DNA of 64,000 nt, taken from positions 32,001 to 96,000 of the IMG/VR virus record IMGVR_UViG_3300032307_000764, one strand, 5' to 3'. Positions 1 through 9,801 of this stretch are shown here, piece by piece; within the stretch, counting starts at the first letter, position 1; each line of letters starts with the position of its first letter. The position numbers and the translations under genes are program-made. The notes beneath the pieces were generated by a model that had not been told where the DNA came from, did not search any database, and saw only the letters and a list, made by a program, of their open reading frames with translations. This DNA comes from a virus (Duplodnaviria > Caudoviricetes).

Positions 1-11
1 TACTTTTATTC

Positions 12-19
12 TATATATC
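12..19 (-). promoter_or_regulatory. Putative late promoter GATATATA, pointing left out of the window
   Basis: tatatatc at 12-19 reads GATATATA on the - strand; it mirrors the + copy at 39-46. Confidence 0.4.
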
Positions 20-38
20 ATTTTATCTCAACGAATCT

Positions 39-46
39 GATATATA
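39..46 (+). promoter_or_regulatory. Putative late promoter GATATATA
   Basis: The motif ends 7 nt before the ATG at 54; the same octamer precedes several other operon starts. Confidence 0.5.
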
Positions 47-53
47 TTAAGAA

Positions 54-467
54 ATGAAAAGAATATTAAAAATAGACAATTTCACTAAGGATTTTCCTTC
101 AGTATACGGATTAGATGCTGACGGGACTTGTTACGAGGTAAAAGAACCGTTTTATTTGGAGGTTATAACGGGTTACGAATCCAAAGGAACTATGTCTGGT
201 ATTCCATATTTTGAGCCAACGTGGACCAAAATTAAATGTGAAAAGGGAGATTTAATAACAGCTTCTAAAAGTGGATGTTATTTACAGGTTAAAGGATCTG
301 AGGGATTCATGGAATGTAGACCAGTATCCGAATCCCCAGAAGGTACTCCTAAATTAGATAATATTCCTTCCAATTTCATAAACAAAATTGGAAAGGACGT
401 AATGAATATACATCCTCTAAGTTTCGAAGAAAGAAATAAAATAACATCATCTAGATTATTACTATGA
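54..467 (+). CDS. Hypothetical phage protein
   Basis: 137-aa ORF after the promoter-like motif; ATGA overlap with the next gene; no recognised family. Confidence 0.7.
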   Translation: MKRILKIDNFTKDFPSVYGLDADGTCYEVKEPFYLEVITGYESKGTMSGIPYFEPTWTKIKCEKGDLITASKSGCYLQVKGSEGFMECRPVSESPEGTPKLDNIPSNFINKIGKDVMNIHPLSFEERNKITSSRLLL

Positions 468-1024
468 GAAGGATATACACATTTAACGAATTTGACATCA
501 ACGAAAGTTCTGCTGCAGGAAATAACGGACAGTTTTATACAATACCTTTTAAGTATACATCAAACGATCCTAAAAAAGGATACAACAGTAAAACCTTTGT
601 CGATGATCTAAAATCAATATTTTTAGAGAAGCCAAATCTAGAAAAAGAAATAACCGAATTTCTAGTTGCAAATGCAGAGATCTCTAGAATAGACGATCTT
701 AATATTAAACCTTTTTCTCTAGTATCTAAATTGATTCCTGAAATAGAAAGAATAATAGATGCTGGTGAATATGAACCAGAAATGATAATGCCTGGTGGAG
801 GTCTTCTATTTATTAGAAATAAAATATTCAAAGACGGAACAGGTGCAGATTTCTACATAAACAAAAAAGGAACTAAGGTAGAAGTTGTATTCGATGATGA
901 TATGGGAAAAGATAAATCAGCTTTATTTATGGTCGACAATTTTCCTTATGATAGATTCGAATTTACAGAGGAGGAAAAAGAAGAGTTGGAAGCCCTTGTT
1001 AAAGCTAGAGGAACTAATTCTTAA
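464..1024 (+). CDS. Hypothetical protein with a T4 capsid-targeting-like N-terminus
   Basis: 186 aa; starts MRRIYTFNEFDINE, resembling the T4 internal-protein leader MKTYQEFIAE; translationally coupled to the upstream gene. Confidence 0.65.
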   Translation: MRRIYTFNEFDINESSAAGNNGQFYTIPFKYTSNDPKKGYNSKTFVDDLKSIFLEKPNLEKEITEFLVANAEISRIDDLNIKPFSLVSKLIPEIERIIDAGEYEPEMIMPGGGLLFIRNKIFKDGTGADFYINKKGTKVEVVFDDDMGKDKSALFMVDNFPYDRFEFTEEEKEELEALVKARGTNS

Positions 1025-1730
1025 ATTTATTCATTATCAGATCTATAGATTTTTCTTTACTTATATCCGTTCCAGTCTCTATATCGATATCATCTGATAC
1101 ATCTGCAACTAGGACACAGTCATACTGATCTGAGAAATCCCTGATATTTGCTTTAAGAAATTTTCTAATCTTGCCTATCTCATTAGTGTTTTCACAAAGT
1201 GGATCTAATAATTCAGTCATTAAAAGAGCTACATTTTCTTTCTTTCCTACCTTTACTATAGAAAAGAACCAGGTAAAGACTTTCATAAATTCCTCGTCTC
1301 TCTTTCTTATTACAAGAAATCCTTGATCCCATAGATTATATTTTGCACAATAGCTTTCTACGCTTACTAAGGAGTTATACTTTTCATAAAAGAAACTGTT
1401 CTCGTCTAAGAAATTCTCTATAGTCCTGATCGAATTTTTAACTATACTCTCAACTTCTTCTATATTATCAAGATTATTGTCAAGTATGGTGTAGACTAAA
1501 TCTCTCTCCTCCTCAGTCATTTTAGAAAGTGTCTTAGAGGTAAACTCCGTGTTCTTATCAAAGCTTTCAAGATCCCTTTTAATAGTTAGAAGTTCTTTAA
1601 ATTTTTTCACGAACTGTTTAGTCTGAAAACTTTTCTTAAGATTAACTAAGAATGCCATAAGCATATAATACTTATGTTCAGTGTCTATTGGAGATTCTAA
1701 AAACCAATAAGGCTTTAAGTTTTTCATCAA
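1014..1730 (-). CDS. Hypothetical protein
   Basis: 238-aa ORF filling an otherwise empty region; TATATATA about 20 nt upstream on the - strand; TAG stop with an 11-nt convergent overlap. Confidence 0.75.
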   Translation of the reverse strand: MMKNLKPYWFLESPIDTEHKYYMLMAFLVNLKKSFQTKQFVKKFKELLTIKRDLESFDKNTEFTSKTLSKMTEEERDLVYTILDNNLDNIEEVESIVKNSIRTIENFLDENSFFYEKYNSLVSVESYCAKYNLWDQGFLVIRKRDEEFMKVFTWFFSIVKVGKKENVALLMTELLDPLCENTNEIGKIRKFLKANIRDFSDQYDCVLVADVSDDIDIETGTDISKEKSIDLIMNKFKN

Positions 1731-1883
1731 TTTGCGTTTTTATCTCTAATTATATATAGATAAAAGGAAAATTATTCATGATATGAAAAATAATTATAAA
1801 AAAGTGAAACTCTTCTGCAACCAGGGACTACAATTTTTACGAAGTAAATCCCGGGCTATGAATCATATATTATTAGAAGTCCT

Positions 1884-2504
1884 ATGAGCCCCCAATTTTT
1901 AGTTATAGCATATTACACAGAAAACACTTCTTACGAAGCACTCGCTGCAAATCTTAAAAAATCTTTACAGCACTTTGGAATAGCTCATCACATAGAAGGT
2001 ATTAAAGATCTGGGATCATGGGAGAAGAATACACACCACAAAGCATATTTTATTAAGAAGTGTCTAACCGATAGAAACCAAGATCTATTATGTGTAGATG
2101 TTGACGCAGTCTTTAAATCATATCCAGAACTTATTCCAACCCTTGATTGTGACATAGCATACAGGACAGAGAATTTTAGATGGAGAAAGGACGAAGCATT
2201 ATCTGGAACAATATTCCTAAGAAATAATGATAAGGTTAAAAGACTAGTAGACAGATGGATAGAGCTTAATGAATCAACTCCAGCTGAAAGAATGAAACCT
2301 GAAACATGGGAGCAAAAAAATATGCAAAGAGCTCAAAGAGAGTTCAGCGATATTGTATATTACAATCTGCCACCAGAGTACACCTATATCTTCGATCATA
2401 CTAGAACAATGTTTCCTGGTATCCAACCAGTGATAGAGCATTATCAAGAGAGTAGAAATGTACATAGACCTACGAATCAAAATAGGAATTTCAGAGTAAG
2501 ATAA
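1884..2504 (+). CDS. Nucleotide-diphospho-sugar transferase (GT-A fold, GT77/Nucleotid_trans-like)
   Basis: DxD motif in LLCVDVDAVF; LSGTIFL motif; WEQKNMQ and LPPEY segments typical of this group; first gene of the glycan operon. Confidence 0.7.
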   Translation: MSPQFLVIAYYTENTSYEALAANLKKSLQHFGIAHHIEGIKDLGSWEKNTHHKAYFIKKCLTDRNQDLLCVDVDAVFKSYPELIPTLDCDIAYRTENFRWRKDEALSGTIFLRNNDKVKRLVDRWIELNESTPAERMKPETWEQKNMQRAQREFSDIVYYNLPPEYTYIFDHTRTMFPGIQPVIEHYQESRNVHRPTNQNRNFRVR

Positions 2505-2506
2505 TT

Positions 2507-3241
2507 ATGGAATTAAAATATGCAGTAGTTAGCTCTGACTCTAATCCTGAGTATCTAGATTTTTGGCCATACGTAGCAAGAGCTTGGAAAAGGATTGGAA
2601 TAGAACCAGTCCTTCTTTATATAGATAAGGAATCGCCTAATCCTAGCGTGTATGATCACGGAAGGGTTATTTATCTAGAATCTATACCTGAATGGAGTAT
2701 AGCACAACAAGCACAATGTATAAGATTTTGGGCAGCTAAGATATTAGATGCTCCTTTTATAATATCTGATATGGATATGTTACCTATATCTAAGGATTAT
2801 TATAAACGGGGAGTCTCCGAGATTGGTGGTCAGGGTTTGGTTTCTTATAGCTCTGATATTATTAAATATCGATGGTATAGAACTAATCCCCAATATCCTA
2901 TGTGTTATTTAGCAGGTGATCCTTCTAGCTTCATTGGGATCTTAGAGATGAATGAAAGTACACATCAGGAATTTTTACGTAGATTGATAAGAATGAACAT
3001 AAGATCCGGTACAGATCAGAAATTCTTCTATAATCAATCATTAAAAAATCGGCAGTTTAGTATCAAGCATTTAGAGCGTGGATGGATAGAAGAAAAATAT
3101 GCTACATGTAGATTAGATAAGGTTATCTGGCCAAATTCGGGGTATAATGTAGATGAATATATAGACTGTCATTTACCTCGTCCGCTTTCTGCTAATGTTG
3201 GTATATGTAAAGAATTATTCAATAAGCTTAAAATAGATTAA
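2507..3241 (+). CDS. Putative glycosyltransferase-like protein (GT-A)
   Basis: IISDMDMLP DxD motif, YLDFWP N-terminal motif, C-terminal DCHLPRP; located in the glycan operon. Confidence 0.55.
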   Translation: MELKYAVVSSDSNPEYLDFWPYVARAWKRIGIEPVLLYIDKESPNPSVYDHGRVIYLESIPEWSIAQQAQCIRFWAAKILDAPFIISDMDMLPISKDYYKRGVSEIGGQGLVSYSSDIIKYRWYRTNPQYPMCYLAGDPSSFIGILEMNESTHQEFLRRLIRMNIRSGTDQKFFYNQSLKNRQFSIKHLERGWIEEKYATCRLDKVIWPNSGYNVDEYIDCHLPRPLSANVGICKELFNKLKID

Positions 3242-4051
3242 ATGAAGTTATCAATAATACTTCCAACTGGTGGTAACGACCACTTAAGAAATCGTAACTT
3301 TAACGAATGTCTTTTAGCTATAAAGGGACAAAAATTTACTGATTATGAAGTAATAGTCGTTGAGCAATCCTTGGATGGGAATTTTTATAAATCTTCTAAT
3401 CCTACATTAAACTATAAACACATAGGAATCAAGGATCCACAGAATAGAGGATTTAATCTAAGCTGGTGTAGAAATGTAGGAGCAAGAGAAGCTCAAGGAG
3501 AGATAATAGTTCTAATGGATTCCGATTTTGTTTTTGAATCGGATTATTTTACAGTGATAAGTGAATTTAAAGGAGAATTTGCTGCAGGTGCTGAGACGTA
3601 CTATTGGTGTAATACCGAAGAGCCAACGTCAGAATGGCTAAGAACTAAAGACTTTAATTTATTCAGAAGAAGAGGAGCAGGTCCTAGAGATGCTGTTTTT
3701 CAATTTAGATCTATGTCTAGAGGATGTGGATACGGGGCAATACTTGTTTACAATAGAGAGTGGTTTTGGGAATCGATGGGAGGATATAATGAGAACTTCT
3801 TTAGATACGGATGGGAAGATAAAGCAACGACAGAGATGATTAAATCACTTCTAGGTAGAGATGATGAGAGTATGCTTAGAATACCATACGAAGCTGCTCA
3901 TTTAAGTCATATGTCGAAAGACGTAAGAAATCTAAACACCAACGAGGCTCTTTTTTATAAATTTACTAGAATGAATCAGTCGGATCTTTCAAAAATGATA
4001 AAGGAATCATCTGTTGGTAAAAAATCAGCACCTACATTAATTAATATTTGA
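3242..4051 (+). CDS. Glycosyltransferase, GT2 N-terminus with Glyco_transf_7C-like C-terminus
   Basis: LSIILP, EVIVVEQ, RNVGA, MDSD (DxD) and GGYNENFFRYGWED motifs. Confidence 0.85.
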   Translation: MKLSIILPTGGNDHLRNRNFNECLLAIKGQKFTDYEVIVVEQSLDGNFYKSSNPTLNYKHIGIKDPQNRGFNLSWCRNVGAREAQGEIIVLMDSDFVFESDYFTVISEFKGEFAAGAETYYWCNTEEPTSEWLRTKDFNLFRRRGAGPRDAVFQFRSMSRGCGYGAILVYNREWFWESMGGYNENFFRYGWEDKATTEMIKSLLGRDDESMLRIPYEAAHLSHMSKDVRNLNTNEALFYKFTRMNQSDLSKMIKESSVGKKSAPTLINI

Positions 4052-4052
4052 T

Positions 4053-5102
4053 ATGAATAAACCGATAAGAAATATATCAGAAAGTAGGGTAAGAAGAAGA
4101 ATAATTAATAGAGTTGCACCTCCTATAATACAGCAAAATATAACTCCACAGGAGCCAACTAACCCCCAGGAGCCAAAGATTAATAGGGAAATAAAAAATG
4201 AGATAGTTATGATGAATAAGCATCAGATAATAGAAGCATATGAAAGGAATAAGATAGATTATAACGATCTTAAAAATTTCTGCGAATTTAACATGTGCAA
4301 TACCGATGATGTTGACGTTTCTGTTATAATTCCAGTAAAAGGGAGAGAAAATTTTAATAAACCATTAGTAGATCATCTTATATCTGCTATGAATTTTTTC
4401 AAAGATAAAACATATTCCATAACATTCGTAGAGCATAGTGAAACTCCCATTCATAAGGAATTATGTAATGGTGTTTCTAATCATATATGGATTAAGAAGA
4501 TTGATAGAGGATTATTTAATAAATGTCTATCTATGAACGTTGGTGCTTTATTTTCTAATAAGGCAAAATATTATCTCTTCCATGATATAGATCTTTTGGT
4601 TGATCGACAATTCTTTTATAACATTTTTCAAAACATATCTAGAATACCTATCGGCTCTGCTTTACAATCTTTTGGAGGAAGAAGAGTTGTTGTAATGAAT
4701 AACGAACTAACTGATAGAATATTGAGAAACAGGACTAGAATTGAAGAGGTAATTCCAGGAAGCTATGAATCTCCTCACTGTACACCGGGAGCTCCAGGAG
4801 GATCGATATTTATTAGTTCGGATAGCTTTTATAGAGTAGGCGGATTTGATGCTGAATTTTTTCACAGCTATTCATGCGAGGATGCCTTCTTTTATCATAA
4901 ACTCGAGATGACAGTTGGTATACAAGGATCTGATAGTCCATTAATTGATGTCTTCCATATGGATCATCCAAGAACTAACGGAGCAGATAATCCTGATCGA
5001 CATATGCAAAATCTAATATATGCAGGATTTTTAAGTATGTCTCCTGAGGATAAAACTAATTTTATAACCCACATTTCAAATAATATAAATAGCCTAAAAT
5101 GA
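4053..5102 (+). CDS. Glycosyltransferase (GT2/GT7C-like) with a low-complexity N-terminal extension
   Basis: VSVIIPVKGR, FNKCLSMNVG, FHDIDL (DxD) and GGFDAEFFHSYSCED motifs; about 85-aa Arg/Pro/Gln-rich N-terminus. Confidence 0.85.
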   Translation: MNKPIRNISESRVRRRIINRVAPPIIQQNITPQEPTNPQEPKINREIKNEIVMMNKHQIIEAYERNKIDYNDLKNFCEFNMCNTDDVDVSVIIPVKGRENFNKPLVDHLISAMNFFKDKTYSITFVEHSETPIHKELCNGVSNHIWIKKIDRGLFNKCLSMNVGALFSNKAKYYLFHDIDLLVDRQFFYNIFQNISRIPIGSALQSFGGRRVVVMNNELTDRILRNRTRIEEVIPGSYESPHCTPGAPGGSIFISSDSFYRVGGFDAEFFHSYSCEDAFFYHKLEMTVGIQGSDSPLIDVFHMDHPRTNGADNPDRHMQNLIYAGFLSMSPEDKTNFITHISNNINSLK

Positions 5103-5767
5103 GAAAAGCATTTGAATATTTTGACAAGGTTTTTTTAATAAATCTTGATAAGAGAAAGGATAGATTGGACAGATGTAATGACATCTTTGAAAAAAACAAC
5201 GTTAAAGATCTCGTAGAAAGATTTCCAGGTATAGTCCCAGATCCTTCTGATGATATACCATATACTAAGGATACTGAAAAAATAAAAGTTCCTTTGTACG
5301 GATGTTTATTATCCCACGTAAATATTATAAAAAAAGCAAAGGCCGAAGGGTTAAAATCAATACTTGTATTTGAAGATGATGTTGATTTTATCAATATTGA
5401 TTCAATAGAAAAATCAGTAGATCAGTTAAAAAATAGAGATTGGAGTCTTTTTTATCTAGGAGCTAATACGCACGTTCCGATCGAAAAAGTAGACGAAAAC
5501 CTTTTAATATTAAAGAAAGGATATGCAACACATGCTGTAGCATACCACGAGAGCTTCTATGATTATTTTATAGATAGTTTTGAGCAGAAAAAAATACACA
5601 TTATAGATGTATGGCTTTCTGATTTCGGACAGGAAAATTTTAAAAGCTATTGTACTTTCCCTATAACTGCAGTTCAAGTTAGCAACCACAGCGATATACA
5701 TGACGCATTTGCTGATTATAGTTGGATGGAGGGTAAATTTAAAGAAAACACTAAACACCTGGGATAA
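5099..5767 (+). CDS. Glycosyltransferase family 25
   Basis: FLINLDKRKDRL, GCLLSH, VFEDDV and THAVAY motifs characteristic of GT25. Confidence 0.85.
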   Translation: MRKAFEYFDKVFLINLDKRKDRLDRCNDIFEKNNVKDLVERFPGIVPDPSDDIPYTKDTEKIKVPLYGCLLSHVNIIKKAKAEGLKSILVFEDDVDFINIDSIEKSVDQLKNRDWSLFYLGANTHVPIEKVDENLLILKKGYATHAVAYHESFYDYFIDSFEQKKIHIIDVWLSDFGQENFKSYCTFPITAVQVSNHSDIHDAFADYSWMEGKFKENTKHLG

Positions 5768-6480
5768 TGGAACTGAAAAGAATATTAATAACTGGAGCTA
5801 CAAGCGGGATAGGAGAAGCTACATTTAAACATGCAGTAAGAAACGGTCACACTGTTTTTATTACAGGTAGAAATGAAGAAATTCTAAAAAAACTAGCAGA
5901 AGAAAATCCGGGAACGTTTTATTTAAAAACTGATGTGACAAATGTAGATGACGTTCAAAAATTATCTATTGAAGTCACAGACAAAATGGGTGGTATAGAC
6001 GTTTTGTTAAATAATGCAGGAATAGGTATATTCGATAAATTAATTGATTCGGATTTAAGTGACTGGCATAAAATGGTAGATGTAAATATCAAAGGAGTAT
6101 TAAACATGCTTCATTATTTTTTACCTATGCTAATAAAATCAAACGGACAGGTAATAAATTTGGGCTCCGTAGCTTCACATCATGTTTTTCCTGAATCTGG
6201 TGTATATTGCGCTACTAAACACGCATTGCTTGCAATTAGCGAAAGCTTAAGAGCTGAGCTTTCCAAAAAAATAAGGATTACCACTATTAGTCCTGGATCA
6301 GTCAATACACCTTTTATAGACCAAACAAAAAATCCAGAGCTTCTTTCTAAATTTAAACCCTCATTTGAGAGCGGTATGTCAGTAGAATGGGTTGCATCTC
6401 AGATAATGAGCACTATAGAGGTTGAGGACGGAATGAACATAAGTGAAATAATTATTAGGCCTTTTCAAATTAAGAATTAA
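5767..6480 (+). CDS. Classical short-chain dehydrogenase/reductase (YdfG-like)
   Basis: TGATSGIG Rossmann motif, NNAG, and YCATK catalytic YxxxK. Confidence 0.9.
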   Translation: MELKRILITGATSGIGEATFKHAVRNGHTVFITGRNEEILKKLAEENPGTFYLKTDVTNVDDVQKLSIEVTDKMGGIDVLLNNAGIGIFDKLIDSDLSDWHKMVDVNIKGVLNMLHYFLPMLIKSNGQVINLGSVASHHVFPESGVYCATKHALLAISESLRAELSKKIRITTISPGSVNTPFIDQTKNPELLSKFKPSFESGMSVEWVASQIMSTIEVEDGMNISEIIIRPFQIKN

Positions 6481-6482
6481 AA

Positions 6483-6893
6483 ATGGAGAGAATATATTCA
6501 AAAGTAGAAGAAGGAAAGCTATTGCATATAATTAATAGGCTATCTGAAATAGAAAAAAGAACAGAGGTTGTTCCTGAGGATAATTTTATACAATGTGCTA
6601 CTTTAAAAATGGAGAACGGTAAGACATTTCCTCCACATAAACATATTACCAAGGAAAGATCGTATAAGGCTCAAATTGCTCAGGAATCATGGGTGGTAAT
6701 AAAAGGAAGTGTTAAATGTAAGTTCTATGATATAGATGATACATTAATTGCAGAACCTATTTTATACCCAGGAGATGCTAGTTTTACACTTTACGGGGGT
6801 CATACCTATGAAATTTTAGAGGATGACACTATAGTTTATGAATATAAAACGGGTCCTTATGAGGGACAAAAATTAGATAAAGTATTTTTATAA
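6483..6893 (+). CDS. Cupin-fold protein (WbuC-like)
   Basis: PPHKH...QE metal motif and GGHTYEI second cupin motif; such cupins occur in polysaccharide clusters. Confidence 0.7.
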   Translation: MERIYSKVEEGKLLHIINRLSEIEKRTEVVPEDNFIQCATLKMENGKTFPPHKHITKERSYKAQIAQESWVVIKGSVKCKFYDIDDTLIAEPILYPGDASFTLYGGHTYEILEDDTIVYEYKTGPYEGQKLDKVFL

Positions 6894-7687
6894 TGATAGG
6901 AGGAAACATACTTGGTGGACTTGGCAATATGATGTTTGTTATTGCTGCTGTAGAAAATTTGGCAAAAGCTAATAATAATATTGCTTACTTTCCTAATGTT
7001 AAATCACATTTAGCTAAGGTTCAGGATGATAGAACAAGAGTTTATCCTAATTCTGATGTATCTACGCAGGACTATTTAAAGATCTTCAGAAATTTTAAAT
7101 GGAACGACGTAGGTAATGCAACTGGAAAAATATTATGTACATTTAATTATAATCCTATTCCTTATAGAGATGGTGTGGTTTATCATGGATATTTTCAGAC
7201 TGAAAAATATTTTACAAATAGAGATCATATTTTAAATCTATTTGAACCATCTGATTTTGTATTACAGCAGATAGAAAAGTATAGGGATATATTAAATGGA
7301 AATACATGTGCTATACATGTTAGAAGGGGAGATTATTCTTTAGATCAAGAAAGCAAACATCACACTAAAAATATGGAATGGTATAATTCTGCTATGAACA
7401 TTGTTGATGCAGAAAAATACATAGTATTTAGTGATGATATCGAATATGCTAGACAGAATTTCTTAGGAGATAAATTCATTTTCGTCGAGGATAAGGATTA
7501 TATAGAGCTTTTTTTGATGTCTATGTGTAATCATAATATCATATCTAGTTCTAGTTTTTCTTGGTGGGGAGCTTGGCTAAATAAAAACGTAAACAAGAAA
7601 GTTATTGCACCTATGAGGTGGTTTGGAAAAATAGATCCTGGGTATCCAGATCGAGATATAGTTCCCGATAGCTGGATAAAATTATAA
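6893..7687 (+). CDS. Alpha-1,2-fucosyltransferase family GT11
   Basis: GGLGNMMF, GYFQTEKYF, IHVRRGDY, FSDD and SSFSWWGAWL motifs. Confidence 0.92.
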   Translation: MIGGNILGGLGNMMFVIAAVENLAKANNNIAYFPNVKSHLAKVQDDRTRVYPNSDVSTQDYLKIFRNFKWNDVGNATGKILCTFNYNPIPYRDGVVYHGYFQTEKYFTNRDHILNLFEPSDFVLQQIEKYRDILNGNTCAIHVRRGDYSLDQESKHHTKNMEWYNSAMNIVDAEKYIVFSDDIEYARQNFLGDKFIFVEDKDYIELFLMSMCNHNIISSSSFSWWGAWLNKNVNKKVIAPMRWFGKIDPGYPDRDIVPDSWIKL

Positions 7688-7690
7688 GGA

Positions 7691-8635
7691 ATGAGATATA
7701 ACAACGTAACAATAAAAGGAACCTCATCATATCTACCAAGTAGAGTATTAACAAATGCTGAGATATCAAGTAAGGTTGATACTACTGATGAATGGATATT
7801 TAATAAGCTAGGTATAAAGGAGAGAAGAATATCTAACGATGATGAAACGGTATCTGAGATGGGATATCAAGCTGCATTATCAGTATTAGAAAAAACTGGT
7901 ATGGACAAAGAGGATCTTGATATGATAATTGTTGCTACGTCTAGTCCTGAAAAAATTTCACCCTCTACTGCATGTACAATTCATTATAAATTAGGTATAA
8001 AGAGAAATATACCAGCATTTGATATAAACGCAGTATGTTCTGGTTTTGTGTATGGAATAACCTTAGGAAGTTCTCTTATTAGTAGCAAAGCTTTTAAAAA
8101 TATACTAGTAATTGCTACTGAATCTTATTCTACACACACTGACTTTGAAGCTCAGCATAGTGTATTCTTTGGAGACGGGGCCGGTGCAGTTATTATAAGT
8201 GAATCCGAAGAGGGATGGATTTACAGCGAGATAAAATCTAATGGATCTGGAACTGGTATGACTGGATTTGTTATGCCATTAGATAAGCCTTTCATAATGA
8301 GGGGTAAAGAGGTTTGGGATCAAGCAATATCGGTATTACCAGATTCTATAAACGATGTTCTTAAAGGAACTAATCTAACCATAGAAGATATAAAAATGGT
8401 AGTTCCTCATCAGCCGAGTATTAATATACTTAAGATAATTGCAGAGAAAAACAATATACCTTTTAACAAGGTTAAAACTGTAATGGATAAGTATGCAAAT
8501 ATTGCTGGATCTTCAATACCTATTGCTCTAGACGAGGCAATAAATAACGGAGAGATTGAAAAGGGTGATAAGATACTATTAACTGCTATAGGATCTGGAT
8601 GGACTTGGGGATCTTTAATTGTAAATTATAAATGA
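7691..8635 (+). CDS. fabH: 3-oxoacyl-ACP synthase III (FabH/KAS III family)
   Basis: Cys in NAVCSGF, His in HQPS, Asn in YANIAGSSIP; FGDGAGAV and GSGWTWG motifs. Confidence 0.9.
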   Translation: MRYNNVTIKGTSSYLPSRVLTNAEISSKVDTTDEWIFNKLGIKERRISNDDETVSEMGYQAALSVLEKTGMDKEDLDMIIVATSSPEKISPSTACTIHYKLGIKRNIPAFDINAVCSGFVYGITLGSSLISSKAFKNILVIATESYSTHTDFEAQHSVFFGDGAGAVIISESEEGWIYSEIKSNGSGTGMTGFVMPLDKPFIMRGKEVWDQAISVLPDSINDVLKGTNLTIEDIKMVVPHQPSINILKIIAEKNNIPFNKVKTVMDKYANIAGSSIPIALDEAINNGEIEKGDKILLTAIGSGWTWGSLIVNYK

Positions 8636-8636
8636 T

Positions 8637-9149
8637 ATGAAAAAAGGAGAAGACGTAAGAATAAGTGAATTAGCTGTTTTATCTAGACCTGAATTGATAG
8701 AAATGGGAGATCATATAGCTATTGATCAATGGACTTATATTTCTACTCAACTTAAAATGGGAAGCTATATCCATATAGCTCCAAGTGTTTCTATTATAGG
8801 CGGAGCTCCTGCTCTTTTAATTATGGGCGATTTTACGAATATAGGATCAGGTAGTAGAATAGTTTGTGCGACCGATGATTTTACACAGGGACTGATATCC
8901 CCTGTAGTTCCTATTGAACACCGAACTGTTATTAATAAGCCTGTGATTTTTGAAAAATATGCTACACTTGGAGTTAACTGTACAGTTTTACCCGGAGTTA
9001 CTTTAGGAGAGGGATGTATAGTAGGTGCTAACTCGTTAGTAACTAAAGACACTGAGCCTTGGACAATATACGCTGGAAGTCCTGCTCGTCCTATCAAGAA
9101 AAGAGAGAAAGAAAGAATAATAGAAAGCGCAAAAAAACTAGGATACTAA
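8637..9149 (+). CDS. Hexapeptide-repeat O/N-acyltransferase (left-handed beta-helix)
   Basis: LGVNCTVLPGVTLGEGCIVGANSLVTKD and YAGSPARPIKKR motifs. Confidence 0.9.
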   Translation: MKKGEDVRISELAVLSRPELIEMGDHIAIDQWTYISTQLKMGSYIHIAPSVSIIGGAPALLIMGDFTNIGSGSRIVCATDDFTQGLISPVVPIEHRTVINKPVIFEKYATLGVNCTVLPGVTLGEGCIVGANSLVTKDTEPWTIYAGSPARPIKKREKERIIESAKKLGY

Positions 9150-9153
9150 AATT

Positions 9154-9801
9154 ATGATATACGTTATAGGAGATAGTCATTCTCAAATATTTAATACACA
9201 AGAAACTGAAGATTACTATGATATTTTTAGTAGATCATTTAAAACTAAATGGTTAACTGGAGCAACTGCATATAATATTAGTAAGCATGCACCGGAATTA
9301 ACCATATGGCTTTCCGATAATCAATTTGATAAAAATAAGGACTCGTTATTGTTCATTTTAGGTGAAATAGATGCGAGGGTTCATTTGGGGCCGCAATCTC
9401 ATAAACAAGGTATCACTTACGAGGAATCATGTAAGCTTTGCACTATCCGATATCACGATTTTTTAAAAAGCTTTAAAAACGAAGGATATAAGATTATCGT
9501 AATGGGAGCAACTCCTTCTGGACCGCATAACGATACAAACGGGGATGGATCATTAAGTTATAAAACACCTATAGAAAGAAATCAAATTACCGAGATTTTC
9601 AACAGACAAGTTAAGGATATTTGTATGATGGAGGGTTTTATTTATAGAGATATTAACGATAGAGTTATTAATGGCAAATTTCCTTATCAAACATATTTTG
9701 ACAGGGTAAGTGTACATTTAAACACTGGTATGTTTTTAATACCAAGTGAAGGCGAATCTTGTAATGCTATGCTTTACGAACTTTTTAAGGATTTAATATA
9801 A
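9154..9801 (+). CDS. SGNH/GDSL-like hydrolase or acyltransferase
   Basis: IGDSHS block I, GEIDAR block III-like motif and a C-terminal D...HL. Confidence 0.65.
   Translation: MIYVIGDSHSQIFNTQETEDYYDIFSRSFKTKWLTGATAYNISKHAPELTIWLSDNQFDKNKDSLLFILGEIDARVHLGPQSHKQGITYEESCKLCTIRYHDFLKSFKNEGYKIIVMGATPSGPHNDTNGDGSLSYKTPIERNQITEIFNRQVKDICMMEGFIYRDINDRVINGKFPYQTYFDRVSVHLNTGMFLIPSEGESCNAMLYELFKDLI

Noticed and set aside
1770-1795. Imperfect inverted repeat in the divergent gap before the glycan operon
   Set aside because: It is almost all A/T with a bulge, which is expected by chance at this composition.
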